NCBI RefSeq assembly: GCF_000315625.1
Contig: NW_005434451.1
Coordinates: 1 to 64,000 of the forward strand
From: Guillardia theta CCMP2712
Lineage: Eukaryota > Protista > Cryptophyta
Direction of reading: 5' to 3'
Length of the DNA stretch: 64,000 nt
Both the position numbers and the translations under genes were made by a program. Numbering within the stretch: position 1 is the stretch's first letter; each line of letters opens with the position of its first letter. The notes under the pieces are model-generated. The model was not told where the DNA came from, ran no database searches, and saw only the letters and a program-made list of their open reading frames with translations. Positions 33,901 through 47,000 of the stretch are shown here, piece by piece.

Positions 33901-36551
33901 GAAGGTGCTTGGCCCGCCACTCCTCGATCTGCTTCATTGATCCTTCCTCCACCTGCCCACCTCGTCACCTCTAGATGTCACACACCTCCCTCCTCACCTC
34001 CCGCCCGTGCTTGTCAGCGTCCCTCAGCTGCGAGATCACCGCCGCTCGCTCCTTCGTCGCCACCTGCGGGGCATGTGAGCATCTCTTCACCCACCCGATC
34101 GGATGTGAAGGCCCACGTGAAGGTCCCGCTCGAGCTTCGTCCTGTTGTCCATCACCTCCTGCGCATCCACCTGTGGCAGCGGCCGCATGAGATTTGTGGA
34201 GGATCTAAAGGAGGCGGACCTTGGCCTTCTGCAGGAGGCGGTTCGAGAGTTCGAGCTCCTTGAGAGACTGAAGAAGGCGGTGAGGAGAGCGAGAAAGAGC
34301 AACGCGATGCAGCGCCGGCGGTAGAGACCGAATTTGAGGCGAAAGCGAGCAAACAGAGAGAGGTGGAACGATGTGGAAAGGAGGGGGGAAGGGAAGGAGG
34401 AGAAGGGGAAGGAGAAGAGGAAAAGGAGGAGGAGGAGGAGGAGGAGGGAAGGGAGGAGAGGAGGGGAGGAGTTCACCTCTTGATGCTTCATGGTCACGTC
34501 GTAGAGTCTTTTCTCAAGATCGTCTTTCACTCTCGTTGCGTATCGCAACTTCTCTTGCAATGGCTGAGGCGTCTCGTCAGCTCCAGGCCCAGCAGGAGCC
34601 AAAGGAGGAGGGAGGGAGGAGGGAGGGAGGAGGGAGGAGGAGGAGGAGGGAGGGAGGGAGGGAGGGAGGAACGGAGGGAGGGAGGGTAGGTGGATGGATG
34701 GGATGTGGGGAGGACTTCGATTCACCTCCAGTTCTCTCAAGCGAAGTTCAAGTTTCGACTTCTCGTTGACTAGAGCATCATTCTACAAGGTATCAGTCAC
34801 CACGCCAAACACTCTTCCTCCCTCCATCACCACTCTCCCTTCCCGTTAACTGCACTCCCCTCCCCTCCCCTCCCCTCCCCATTCTGTTCACCATGGATTG
34901 GACGTCGGACATCTGCTTGCGGAGGGTGTCGGCCTCCTCTCCCACCTTCGCAGCCCGGAGCTGGAACGCGTTCTTGGCTGCCTCGAGCTCTTCCAGCTGC
35001 ACGTTCACTCGCGAAGTCTCGTCCCTTCCCTGCCCGCACATGTCAGCGAAACACTGAAACTCCTGTTTCTCTTCCTCTTCGTATCATCCTCTTCACCATT
35101 TTCGTTATATCTCCATCTCTATCTCCATCTCCATCATCATCGCCATATATGACAACTCACTATCGAGTTCTCGAGCTGCACTCGAAGTTCCTCCAGCTTG
35201 CGCTCAGTGGCCACAGCTCTCTGTGATGACGCATGAGGAGAGCACGCAACACATTTTGAGAAGGATCGGGGAGCGGGGAGTGGGGGCGGAGACGAAGCAG
35301 GGACAAGCGGGAGGTGGGAGGAACAGGAGAGAGGAGGAGGAGGAGGAGGAGAAGGAGGAGACCTTTTCCATCATGTTCTTCACTTTCTCCATGGCCTCGA
35401 GCTATCACAACAGCACATCAGCTCATGTAATGCCGCCAGCTCTACTCTTTACTTTCTCGAGCATAGTGTGTTGAATCTCCTGCAGACATCAGAGCGTGTC
35501 AAGATCTCTCCGAGTCAACTGAGACAGCAAACTTTCACCTGCTTCTCTCTCTCCAGCAGACTGGCCCTCCTCCTCTCTCTCACCAACAGGGCCACCGCAT
35601 CCTGTCACCATATTACACATGACCGCATTCCCTCGTCTCTTTCACCTGATGCGAGTTGTTGTACTGACCAACTGTTCCTTTGAGCAGCTCAAGCTCATGC
35701 CGGAATCTGAGTAGAACTTTCAGAGGAAAGGAAAAGGAAAGGAAAGGGCAACAAGAGGAGAAGGAGGGGGGGGAGGGGGGGGACAGAAGGAGCAAGCGAA
35801 ATGAGAGGCAGGGCTCAACTACCTTGCAGGCCAGCCACTGCGGGGGGTTGGAACAACTCTGAACGAGACGTCAAGAAAAAAATCAAGATTGGTGACGACG
35901 ATGACGATGGTGATGACAAGGAGATGACAATAAGGAGGAGAGGGTGAAACGCTATCACGTACCCTGCTGATCCGGGCATGGATGAGATGATCTTGGAGAG
36001 TTTCTCTGGATGCTCTAGGGAGGGGCAACGTCAGGACGTGCTTGTCTTGTCTTGTGCGCAGGTTCAACCTGACTCCGTGTTCGATAGCGAGATGGAGAAT
36101 TTCTGCCCTTGCGTCATCCCCTAGGGAAAAAGCCAACTCGCTCTCCTCACCTTGGGGTGGTACTGCTCGGGGGACTGCTGGCGAGTGCTGCTAGTCTGAC
36201 AGGAACAGAGTGAGCAGGAGGGCACAGGATGAGACGAGACGGAGGAACCGGAGGCGACAGGGGAGGGCTGAGCCTGGCATCGCCGCCTCGGAGTCTAAAG
36301 ACTGAGCAAACCATCACTGCTGCGCAAGGGGAGAGGGAGAGGAGGACGCACAGTCAAAGTTGCCTGCGTGACAGGAGGAGGCCAAGAGGAAAAGAAGGAA
36401 GGTGCGTGCGTGCGCCATCGGCATGATCTTCCTCGGGCAGGCGGACAGGTGATTCTTCTTCGGGCTTCAGTGCATGCAGCTCCAGTTCAACCGAGAGATT
36501 TACGTCTGGAGACAAAGAGTCATACAAATTGCTCGCCTCCTCTTTCCATTT

Positions 36552-36599
<48 letters not shown>

Positions 36600-36730
36600 T
36601 TTGTTATTCCTCCATAATGATTGGTATGACAAGACTCGATCTTGATGGACATCAACCGCAGCAGAAACTCTTGAAGTATGCGGCATCAATCTTGCTTGCC
36701 GTTACCCTCTCCTTGAGCATGAACATCATT
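30981..36730 (-). CDS. Large myosin-tail-like coiled-coil protein (multi-exon; one apparent frameshift near 32230; 5' end approximate)
   Basis: Long heptad-rich ORFs 33070-32177 and 32222-30981, plus upstream E/K/L-rich exons bounded by GT-AG. Confidence 0.7.
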
Positions 36731-39045
36731 TCATAATGCTCACTTGCATGTGTACGCGCACCCCTCGTTTCCCTTGCACCTGCCCTTCCTGCCACTATGC
36801 TGCGAGGTTTCGCCGCTCTTTTTCACATACGATAGTCAGCTTTGTTCTTCTATCCTGCATCCTCCCAACTTGTCCTCTCCTCTCCCTTCCTCTCCTCTCC
36901 TCTCCAATGTCTCTTGCTCCCCCGCCCTTGGGGCCATAGAGTTTTTGAATCCCTTGGCCACCCTACCTCGTGTCACTATGAGTCGAAATGGGAGATGGGA
37001 GGGTGGTATGAGTAGAAGGGCTCTTACAAACTTTATAAATGTCCATGCTATTGTGGTACACTGGCTCTTGACTAAAACAACTTATAGATAATCTATAATC
37101 ATAAGAAGTGATTATTATGAGATATTCAGATGAAAATTGTACCAATTTCAGAAAATCTCCTCAATGGTACAAATTTCTTGGATATTTGTACCAGTAACTC
37201 AGGTTTACAATTCTTTAAAAATCTTTTGATTCGAACTAAAACATTTTTCAGATGGGCTCAAAAGCAGCAATTTTACAACACACTTTTTATCCCACATGCC
37301 TCCACCCCTGTTCCCTACGTAATACTACCCCACCCTTTCGATTTTTCACCCCTCAGATTCCTCACCAATACCCACCTCAAGCCCATTTCTTGTGCAAAAA
37401 ATGATACAAAATGACCCCACCGCTTAGAGGGCCTCGGACCCCTACCCACTTTTTTCCCACACACCCCTACATCTCATTGGCTGTCCTACCCCAATATTCA
37501 TTTTAAACCAAAGTAGCTTGACCCTACCCCCTGAAATGGTTGAGAGACATACCTAACCCCTGATGAAAAATGATCATCATATTGCACCGGTACTTGAATA
37601 TCAAAATTTTCCATCTAGGCACCCGTCATCTCTGCAGGCATCCCCCACCACCCTCTTTGCAACACACCCTCACCCTCCCTTCTCCTCGCTTGTCACCCCC
37701 ACCCCCTAATTTCGTCGGGCAACAACATATAAGCATTTAAAACCCCCCCCCCCTTTCACCCACTCAGTACGGCCTTCAGATCGCCCCCCTACCACCCACC
37801 CTAATGTAATTGTATCACCCCTACCCTCCCATTTTACCAAAATCAAGCATACCCCTTTTTTGAGTCACAGATCCATTTTTCCCTTCCATGACCCCCTACT
37901 TTCAGATAAATATGTGGGTCCTTGGTAATACATTCTCGTCTCCCCTTCACCCACCCCCTTCTTTGGTCCCCATGGATCACAAGACCCTTGCTCCAAAGGT
38001 ACCCCTGACACTACACCCCGACCTATTCCCAGCTGTAAAGAGTAATTTCCGAAACCGTTTGCACCCCCACCCGCTCTGATCCTTGGAATACTACCCCTTC
38101 CTGTAACCCCCTGACTTGTGGGGCTCTCAGTGAATGTCACCCGGGCACCCGGACCTTCGGGGCCGGAGTCCGATTTCTGAGGCGGGCTCGATTCAACTTC
38201 TGTGGCGGAAATAAACAGATGAGACTCTTGGAACAAATACGATGGCGGGAGGGGGGAGGAGATAGGAAGGAGGAGGGAGGAGAGGAAAGAGTTGGAAGAA
38301 CCAAGAGGCAGAGGAAACAGTGAGAGAGAACTGAGAAGGCTCAAAGTCAATCAATGGTGAGAGTAGAGGGAGAGATGAGGGTTAGAGGGAGGAGGGAGGT
38401 CAGGACAGTGAGCGGAAACAATCATGCGTGATAGAGAAAGGAAGGTGGAGATGAGGAAGCAGTTAGGATAAGACAAACATCTGCATATTGATCTCAATGT
38501 GACGATGTAGATGTCTCTTGCCTTCTGGTATGCTTGCCATCGACACAGCCTTCTTTTCGTCCTTCTTTCCACCCTCAGCCTAAATCGAAATCTCATCTCA
38601 TATGTTCTACTTTTTTGTTTGTAACTCCCAAACGCACCATCAGGAGAGTTGATCTGGCATCCATTGACGGATCCTTGGTGTAGTCTGCTAAGTGTTTCTC
38701 GAGGATCATGCAGAAATCATCTTCATTCTTCGATCAAGCACACTGATGAAACTGCTGAGAGCTTCTGCTGACTTGTTTCTTATCTCCATCTCGCTCCTCC
38801 TCCCATTGAAGACGGGAGCTTTGATCAATTATATATGGGGAGGGTGCAGACGCTCTCGCGCCGCTGACGTTTTTCTTTCTTCCCGTGCCTTCTCACGTCA
38901 ACTGCCCCCAGTCTCCTCCCCTAGAGCCTCCAGCCACTTGCAACTCCTGCAAGGACTTGGCAGCCTCCGCGTGCTCTCGCTCGTCAGACCCTCCTGGTGC
39001 TCCCGTCTCAAGACAGCAAGGCCTCCTGCAAGGCCTCGCTGCTCC

Positions 39046-39897
39046 ATGGGGAAGCGCAAGGCGGCGGGAGAGGAGCAGTATGCCAGTCTTGTGCGGAGTA
39101 TTAAGAGCAAGCTGCAGAGCTCTTCGGACTCCAAGACCAAGAAGGCGCAGGAACAGTATCTGAAGGGAACGCTGCACCGTGGCAACAAGATGCCGGCGAT
39201 CAAGCTCGCGGTTGAAGACGCGATGAAGGAACTAGGAGAGGAGCTTGAGGCAGACGATTTTGAGAGAGCCGGAATCGAGCTGATGCAATCCAAGTACTCC
39301 GACGACAAGCAAGCCGGTATTCTCGTGCTCCAATCGTCTCTGAAGAGACGGAGGAAGGACGTGGACGTGACGGAAGCGGACGTGGACGAGTTCTTGAGCA
39401 AGATGGCTTTCCTCTTTGAGTCTGGTGCAATCGCTGATTGGTCGAGCTCGGACAATCTCAGTGGGAAAGTCCTTGGCCTCTTCGTGCTGTCATGCAATGC
39501 TGACGTCCGCCGTTACGCTGTCAAGAAGCTCCTTGCGTGGAGCCAGCTGGAGGATAGCTCGGTTTGGCAGCGCAGGGCAGGGCATGTGAGCTTTGTGACG
39601 CACGTGTCGCCCAAGAAGAGCAGCAAGGCTGTCATAGGAGATGAGTTGCACTACAACGGCTTCGTCAGGGATCTCGTCGCAGCATGTGAGGCTGCGCTGA
39701 AGATCAGCAGCGAGAGGTTCAGCAACACCGGGGCTGGCTGGGTGCTTCGCTACTGCTACCACCTGGAGAAGGAGGAGACCGTCCGCTGCCTTGAGCGATG
39801 TGCCCCGATCATGACGCGGGAGGGGATCAGCTACGCACTAGAGCAATGCAGGGACACAAAGCTCAAGGCGAGGCTGATAGAGCTCAACAAGCCTTGA
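39046..39897 (+). CDS. alkD: AlkD-family (HEAT-like repeat) DNA alkylation repair protein; possible N-terminal extension from ~38746
   Basis: Motifs QYLKG..HRG.KMP, L..SKYSDDKQAGIL, IADWSSSDNLSGKVLG, LLAWS...SVWQRRA, ERFSNTGAGWVLR, MTREGISYALE. Confidence 0.85.
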   Translation: MGKRKAAGEEQYASLVRSIKSKLQSSSDSKTKKAQEQYLKGTLHRGNKMPAIKLAVEDAMKELGEELEADDFERAGIELMQSKYSDDKQAGILVLQSSLKRRRKDVDVTEADVDEFLSKMAFLFESGAIADWSSSDNLSGKVLGLFVLSCNADVRRYAVKKLLAWSQLEDSSVWQRRAGHVSFVTHVSPKKSSKAVIGDELHYNGFVRDLVAACEAALKISSERFSNTGAGWVLRYCYHLEKEETVRCLERCAPIMTREGISYALEQCRDTKLKARLIELNKP

Positions 39898-40170
39898 CGT
39901 AACTTCCTCTCAGTCTGCTTCCCGATGCCGCCCCCGGGCCCGCCCGCCCGGCCGGCCGCTCGGAGTGATTCGGAAGGGAAACTTGAGTCAAGACAGCAGT
40001 GTCAGTCCGACACTGTACTGCCTGGGCCTCTGTGTTGTCAAGGCCATTTAAGTACAATCGTACGGTGATCGACGGCTGTCCCTGCCGCAGTCACAGTGCC
40101 GTGTGGCCTTCCTTGCTGACAGTAGGGGACTTTGGGACGTGCGACAGCAGCAGGCAATGCATCCAGTACC

Positions 40171-40300
40171 GAAGAAGCTGATCAAGACAGCTACTAGACT
40201 AGCTGAAGAAGCTGATCAAGACAGCTACTAGACTAGCTGAAGAAGCTGATCAAGACAGCTACTAGACTAGCTGAAGAAGCTGATCAAGACAGCTACTAGA
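40171..40300. repeat. 34-bp tandem repeat, ~3.8 copies
   Basis: GAAGAAGCTGATCAAGACAGCTACTAGACTAGCT, spacerless. Confidence 0.92.
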
Positions 40301-40645
40301 GCGCGGGTTTGAACAGTCACGGCTCACTGATGCCTTGTTGCTAGTTGGAGGGGGAGGGGAAGAGTGCCATCGCACTAACAGCGAGACGCTGAGGACATGC
40401 TGTCGGGCATGTTGGAGGCTTCAGCAGCCTCCAGCAGGAGCGCGAGCTCTTCAGCTCTCGAGTACCTCCCGCTCTGTATCGCCTCCACAGCCTCCTGCTG
40501 CATTTCTTCCAGGGCTCATGTCCACCCCAAAGGTGCCCGCGGTCGCTTGGATACACTCGCTTTTCAGTGTCTGCGACAGGTTACCTGGCATTTAGGTTGA
40601 GCGTGACGAATTGAGTGTAAGTGTACGCTCCTAGGAAGACCATGA

Positions 40646-40733
40646 GGAAGAAGAACCATGACGAAGAAGAACCATGACGAAGAAGAACCATGACGAAGAA
40701 GAACCATGACGAAGAAGAACCATGACGAAGAAG
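40646..40733. repeat. 16-bp tandem repeat (GAAGAAGAACCATGAC)x~5
   Basis: Direct reading. Confidence 0.9.
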
Positions 40734-41387
40734 GGCTCGTTGCAGGGCTCAAAGAACTGGATGGAGAAGGAGACCCATCAAATACTGTGATGGTGCCTTG
40801 AGACTTGTAGCAGAGGAACTTCAACTCTTAGAACAGAGTTTGGGCTCAGTGATGCGGGTGCACCCGTAGCCGTGGCAGCAGCAGTAGACGACGAAGCAGC
40901 TGGAACCGAGGATACCATGATGAAATGAAACGCATGTTCAACTCACGTATCGTCCAACATACGCAACGCGGTTCCTCCTCTCGACACGTTACCTGCACTG
41001 CAAACGGATCATTCAAGCCCCAAAGCTAGGACCCCAGCTGAAATGGCGTGTCTTACAAATGATGAAGAAATGATATCACTCGGTGACAGTTTTGCAACAA
41101 ACTCGAGAATGTTCGCAAACAAAAAGCAATTTCTGTCTTGATGTCTTATAATCCTAGTGTTCTAACAAAACTGAACAACCTAGCATTCCTTGTTAAAATT
41201 TGCATGTGAAGTGAGAACAGGACTTGGAAGATAGGGAGTCGGAGGGAGCAGGGATTAGAAGAAAGGGACAGACTCAAGAGGAGGGAGAGAAAAAAGAGGA
41301 TTCGGAGGGTGGGGGGCGGTGAGAAAGGGACAGGAAGAGCAGAGTGGAAAGAAGGGAGAGAAGAGGAGACAAGAGGGGAGAAGCCAA

Positions 41388-41546
41388 GAGGGAGGAGACA
41401 AGAGGGGAGGAGACAAGAGGGGAGGAGACAAGAGGGGAGGAGACAAGAGGGGAGGAGACAAGAGGGGAGGAGACTAGAGGAGAGGAGACAAGAGGGAGGA
41501 GACGAGAAGGGAGGAGACAAGAGGGGAGGAGACTAGAGGGGAGGAG
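41388..41546. repeat. 15-bp purine-rich tandem repeat (GAGGGGAGGAGACAA)n
   Basis: Direct reading. Confidence 0.88.
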
Positions 41547-41632
41547 GAAACAATGGGAGATGAAGAAGATGGGACAAGGAAACCTTGAATGTTGAAGTCG
41601 TGTTCGACGCGTTGGACTTGATAGGCTGGTAG

Positions 41633-41745
41633 CATCTGATAGGATCAGATAGGATCTGATAGGCTCTGATAGGCTCTGATAGGCTCTGATAGGATCTGAT
41701 AGGCTCTGATAGGCTCTGATAGGCTCTGATAGGATCTGATAGGCT
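41633..41745. repeat. 10-bp satellite (GATAGGCTCT/GATAGGATCT)n, left of Copia element
   Basis: Direct reading; runs into an N gap. Confidence 0.93.
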
Positions 41746-42588
41746 NNNNNNNNNNNNNNNNNNNNNNNNNNNNNNNNNNNNNNNNNNNNNNNNNNNNNNN
41801 NNNNNNNNNNNNNNNNNNNNNNNNNNNNNNNNNNNNNNNNNNNNNNNNNNNNNNNNNNNNNNNNNNNNNNNNNNNNNNNNNNNNNNNNNNNNNNNNNNNN
41901 NNNNNNNNNNNNNNNNNNNNNNNNNNNNNNNNNNNNNNNNNNNNNNNNNNNNNNNNNNNNNNNNNNNNNNNNNNNNNNNNNNNNNNNNNNNNNNNNNNNN
42001 NNNNNNNNNNNNNNNNNNNNNNNNNNNNNNNNNNNNNNNNNNNNNNNNNNNNNNNNNNNNNNNNAAGGAAGTGTTGTGTGGTTCTTCTGAGAGTTCTATC
42101 ACCATCAGTGAAGGTGTTAGAGACTGCACAGCTGTGTATCGTTGAGGTGAATAAGGTTGGTGTGAGGATCTCAGGTGTACTGAGAGTTAGTCTTTGGNNN
42201 NNNNNNNNNNNNNNNNNNNNNNNNNNNNNNNNNNNNNNNNNNNNNNNNNNNNNNNNNNNNNNNNNNNNNNNNNNNNNNNNNNNNNNNNNNNNNNNNNNNN
42301 NNNNNNNNNNNNNNNNNNNNNNNNNNNNNNNNNNNNNNNNNNNNNNNNNNNNNNNNNNNNNNNNNNNNNNNNNNNNNNNNNNNNNNNNNNNNNNNNNNNN
42401 NNNNNNNNNNNNNNNNNNNNNNNNNNNNNNNNNNNNNNNNNNNNNNNNNNNNNNNNNNNNNNNNNNNNNNNNNNNNNNNNNNNNNNNNNNNNNNNNNNNN
42501 NNNNNNNNNNNNNNNNNNNNNNNNNNNNNNNNNNNNNNNNNNNNNNNNNNNNNNNNNNNNNNNNNNNNNNNNNNNNNNNNNNNNNNNN

Positions 42589-44039
42589 TGAGTTACAGAT
42601 GGACACATTCCTCAAAGGATCTGTGACGTCACAGGAGGAATTGGATGAACTTTTGCTTCCGATTCAGAATGCAATGAATCGATATCGGACAGGATTGGGC
42701 ATGTGTTTGTTCCCGCTGATACGAGAGTTTCCACTCGATCAACTCGGTAATTTTGGTGGTGAGTTTCATACTGTATGGGAAAAGAACAAGAGTGTGAATG
42801 TGGATGGCGAGTTGACGGAGGAATGGAAAAGGCAGGTCGTTTTGCTTTTCCTGAATGCCAAATTTTGTTGGAGGAAGAGCGGGCAGATTCGAGATTATGT
42901 GGAGCAGTTGCAAAATTTGTCCAAGACGGTGTCGGATCAGTATGGTAGTCCTGTTGATGAAGGTGATTCCGGCAATCCAGTGAGTGCTTCTGGCAAGAAG
43001 AAAAAGAAGGGGGTAAGCCGAAGGGATTCTGATGGCAAGGAGATGGATGCCGCGATGATTAACGCGTTATATGAAGACGTTGAATATTTTCTCCTGGAGC
43101 TTGGCCAATACTTTCGATCCTATCTGAAGCCATTATTTCCTGTTCCATGGGCTATGTCAGGAGGATTCAAGTCCAAGTTGGCTCCGATCAAAGCTCTGGC
43201 GTATATGATATGGGAAGTCAGAAAGCGCAGTGGGAATCTCAAGGGCCACTCCGTGACGCTGGCAAAGTCGAAATTGCCTGACATATCTACCTTCCACAGC
43301 GTTATGGTCCAGATGAAGATCCTGCTTAACAAGTTGGAAGATGTAGCGGGAGAGGAATCAGTGAAAGCCTTGGAAATGATTTTGGTGGAGGAGCTGATCA
43401 AGCAATGTTATGTTTCAGATTGTATTGATATTCGAGATGTCGCGCGCTTGAATAAGCGGTCCAAGTTGTCAACCGAATTGACTTGGGAGGAGGAGTGACT
43501 CTTGGGCTGTGAATTTGCATGATGAACAGGTATTTTTTACTGCTGGGGGTGAGAAAACACAGTCGGGTACTGCGTCAGTTAATGTGGCAGCCTCGGAGGT
43601 GCAAGCTACGGTTAGTCAACCGAATGCAGACAAGGCGTCTGAAAGTGGAGGACAGGGTGGTAAGGAAAAGGGAGACTCGAGAGGCAGCAATGAGTCGCCG
43701 CCTGTGGATAATGCATCTGGCAGTCAGGAGGATGGAAGCACGTTGGACGCGAGGGAGAGTACGCGAGGCCGAGGTGAGCATCCGGGTCAGGGAATGCGGC
43801 GCAGGGGCGCCTACCATGTTGATGGGTCTCGTGGCGGCTACGGTCGTGGAGGCTCCGCTGGTGCTGGATCGAATGATTTTCGAAATCACCAAGAAAGAGC
43901 CGGTGGTTTTCAAGGGAATAATTTTCGGGGAAGAGGCTCAGGATTTCGAGGTCATCATCAGCAGCGGGGGAAGCCGTATGATCGTCCGGCTGGTAGAGGG
44001 ATGCGCGGACGAGTAGAGGGAGCATTGGACGACGCATAA
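42589..44039 (+). pseudogene. Copia gag region, split by a frameshift near 43495; RGG-rich C-terminus
   Basis: ORFs ending at 43498 and 44039 are in different frames upstream of the protease. No CCHC knuckle seen. Confidence 0.65.
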
Positions 44040-44064
44040 CTACATCCACGCAGAGGCGAGTCTG

Positions 44065-47000
44065 ATGGTTTCTCAGAGTGATCGTTCGGGAGGATATCAT
44101 GAGCGGCGAAACAATGTGCATGAATTTTCTCCTCAGGCTCTCGGCGAGGCTGTACTGCGCTTGGCCAGGGAAATCCAGGGGGGAAGGAGGTCAGGTGCAG
44201 ACGGTGAGCAGCCGGTTGGACCATGGCAGGAGACGTTTGAGCCTAACCATCGGGGACGTGGCCGTAGTCCGGTGTCGGACAATCCTTTTGAGAGGACGGT
44301 ACAGCAAAATGTTTCAGAAAGCAATGCTCAGGCAGGTCGCCGTCAGGCGGAATGGCGATCCTTCTTTGCGTTTCAGTTTGGCATTGATTCAACGATGTCG
44401 ATGACTGATATTCAAGGAATGGCAATGCAGAGTATGGTGGGAGACGGTGACGGAAGGGTTGTCAATTTTTTGCTTGATTCGGGTGCAAATGTTACCATGG
44501 TTGGGGACGAATCCCTCCTCTCAGACGTACAATCGGGAGACGATTTCTTTGTCATGACGGCAGGAGGAAAGATTAATTGTACCAAGTATGGCAAGCTAAA
44601 TTTGCAAATTGTCGGTGCAGATGGTGAGTCGGACAATATAGTATTGGAGAATGTTCGAGTTTGTCCTGTCCTTCCTGTACCACTTGTGAGTCTGGATGAT
44701 TTTCTGGGATCCAAGTATTACATTGTTGGACGGGGGTCGAAGAACACGGTCAAATCCTATGTGGCTTCGGAGGATGGCAAGATCAGGATTCCTCTGATTC
44801 AGCGGGACAAGTTGTATCTGTTGACAACCAGAGGTCCGATGCATGATTCTGTGGCAGGTGATGTGCCAATCTTTTGTGTTTCAGCGGAGGCTGGAACAGT
44901 CTGTTTGACTAAAGCACATGTCACTCCTGGACCTTCTTTCGATGGGAAGTCAACACAGAGTCTATCTGATGCGGTTCTGTGGCACATGAAAACGGGGCAC
45001 CCTGATTGTCGAGTACAGAAGTTGCTTGCGGATACGGTCAAATACATCACATTCAATAGGCGGTTGATTCATTCTCCGTGTCACGTGTGTAGGATTTCGA
45101 AATTTGTGTCACGCCCTGTTCACAAACAAACCTCATTTCGACAGGAACGTGTTGGAGATGTAAATGCTCTGTGGTATGTAGACTTGAAAGATATGATTGC
45201 AGTCTCTGAACCATCGGGTTATCGTTACTTTCTTATAGTTGTCGACGCTTTTTCCGGATACCTGATTGTGCGTCCCATGAAGTCCAAGAGTCAAACGAGT
45301 GATATTCTGATGGAGTTACTTCGACAGGAGGAGAAAAGTGTCAAGAGAAACGGAGTTCAACGCATCATATCTGATAACGGCAGTGAGTTTTCTTCTTCAG
45401 AGTTGGAGGCATTCGTTCGTGAGACGGGTTTGAAGTGGGATCGGATTCCTGATTACAGTCAAGTTTACTAAGCCAATTCGATGGCTGAGAGAGGAATTCG
45501 AGCAGTCAGTACTATCCACAGAACTTTGCTCAAACAGAGTGCTTTGCCTATCGAGAAATGGGAATTTTCTGTTATGCAGGCTACGTACCTGTACAATGCA
45601 CTCCCGAGTTTCAGGAATTTCGGCAATCTTTCTCCGTATACAATCTATAATGGAGATGTTTTCGACTTCAAATCTCTCAAGACCTTTGGGTGTATGACAT
45701 TCTTCAAGAATAATGTACGCAGTTCGAAGATTGAAGATCCAGCTAAACAGGGCATTATGCTCGGAAATGCAAACGCTTTTCCTGGGCATACCATTGGCTA
45801 CTTGGTATGGTGTGTTGACGACAACAAAATCCATCACACGAATAATCTGACCTGTGATGAATTCTTCTTTCCATTTCGACGTGCGGGACGGATGAATTGG
45901 CAAGAGGATCCTGAAGTGGTGGTAAAGCACGATATTGACATGGAGGATGATTCGCCTGTCAAGGGTGTTGAAGATGAACGGTCAGAGGCAGTGAATGCTG
46001 GGACTAGTGGTCGTCGAAAGAGAACACGGTTGGAGGATCATTCACTGGAGTCGGATGATGAGGGAGTAAGGGCTGCTGAGATGGTGTGCCAGGACAGCGA
46101 TGAAGATTATGTGCCTACAGTGATGGTTGACGGTGGCCGAGAGGATGCGGATCATACGGATACAGAGGCAGCGTCGTCGACCAAAACATGTCGTACCAGA
46201 CGAGACTTTCGTAAGCAGAGACGGGATGCCGAAAACCGCTTCATCAACAGGCGGGCTGAAGTTGTAATGGATGATGGGAAGGTTCGAACGGGGACGATTA
46301 CTCAAGTTGTCTTCAAAGATGATACATTCTTGGTGCGTGTTACGTTTGACGACAAGTACTGGATATTAATCCATCCGGACAGTGAGAACGTACGGATTTT
46401 GTTGTTGCCTGGGGATGAGCTACAATCAGGAGTTTTGCCGAAGAATGTCTTCGAGTTGACAGGGTGTAACGATTATTACTTTCGAGCGTTTCCTCAAAAG
46501 GGGGATAACATCCTTTCGCAGCTGGTGGAAAAGACAGTTCGAGGAAATCCCGATGTCTTTCTTATGCACAGNNNNNNNNNNNNNNNNNNNNNNNNNNNNN
46601 NNNNNNNNNNNNNNNNNNNNNNNNNNNNNNNNNNNNNNNNNNNNNNNNNNNNNNNNNNNNNNNNNNNNNNNNNNNNNNNNNNNNNNNNNNNNNNNNCATT
46701 GAGACGGGAACGGTGGAATGATGTGGTTCCACTCATGGAGCCAGGGGATGACATTGATGTTGCTCGTGATCCAGACTGTATTGATCTTGGTACAAGTGAG
46801 TTGACACAATGTTTTCCAGACTCTCGTATGCTTGTCACCAACATGGCGCTAGTTGTTCCTGTATGGGAAGCTGTCAAACTCTCTGCAGCATTTCTGTCGC
46901 GAGCTCCGCCATCAGTACAAGACTCGAGTTCGACGGCAGATCCTCGCAATCGAAGGGAGATGTTGTTGCACAAGGATAGAGAATTGTGGGAGGCAGCTGA

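Noticed and set aside
40335-41100. Short ORFs between alkD and the Copia element
   Set aside because: No recognisable motifs or consistent splice model.
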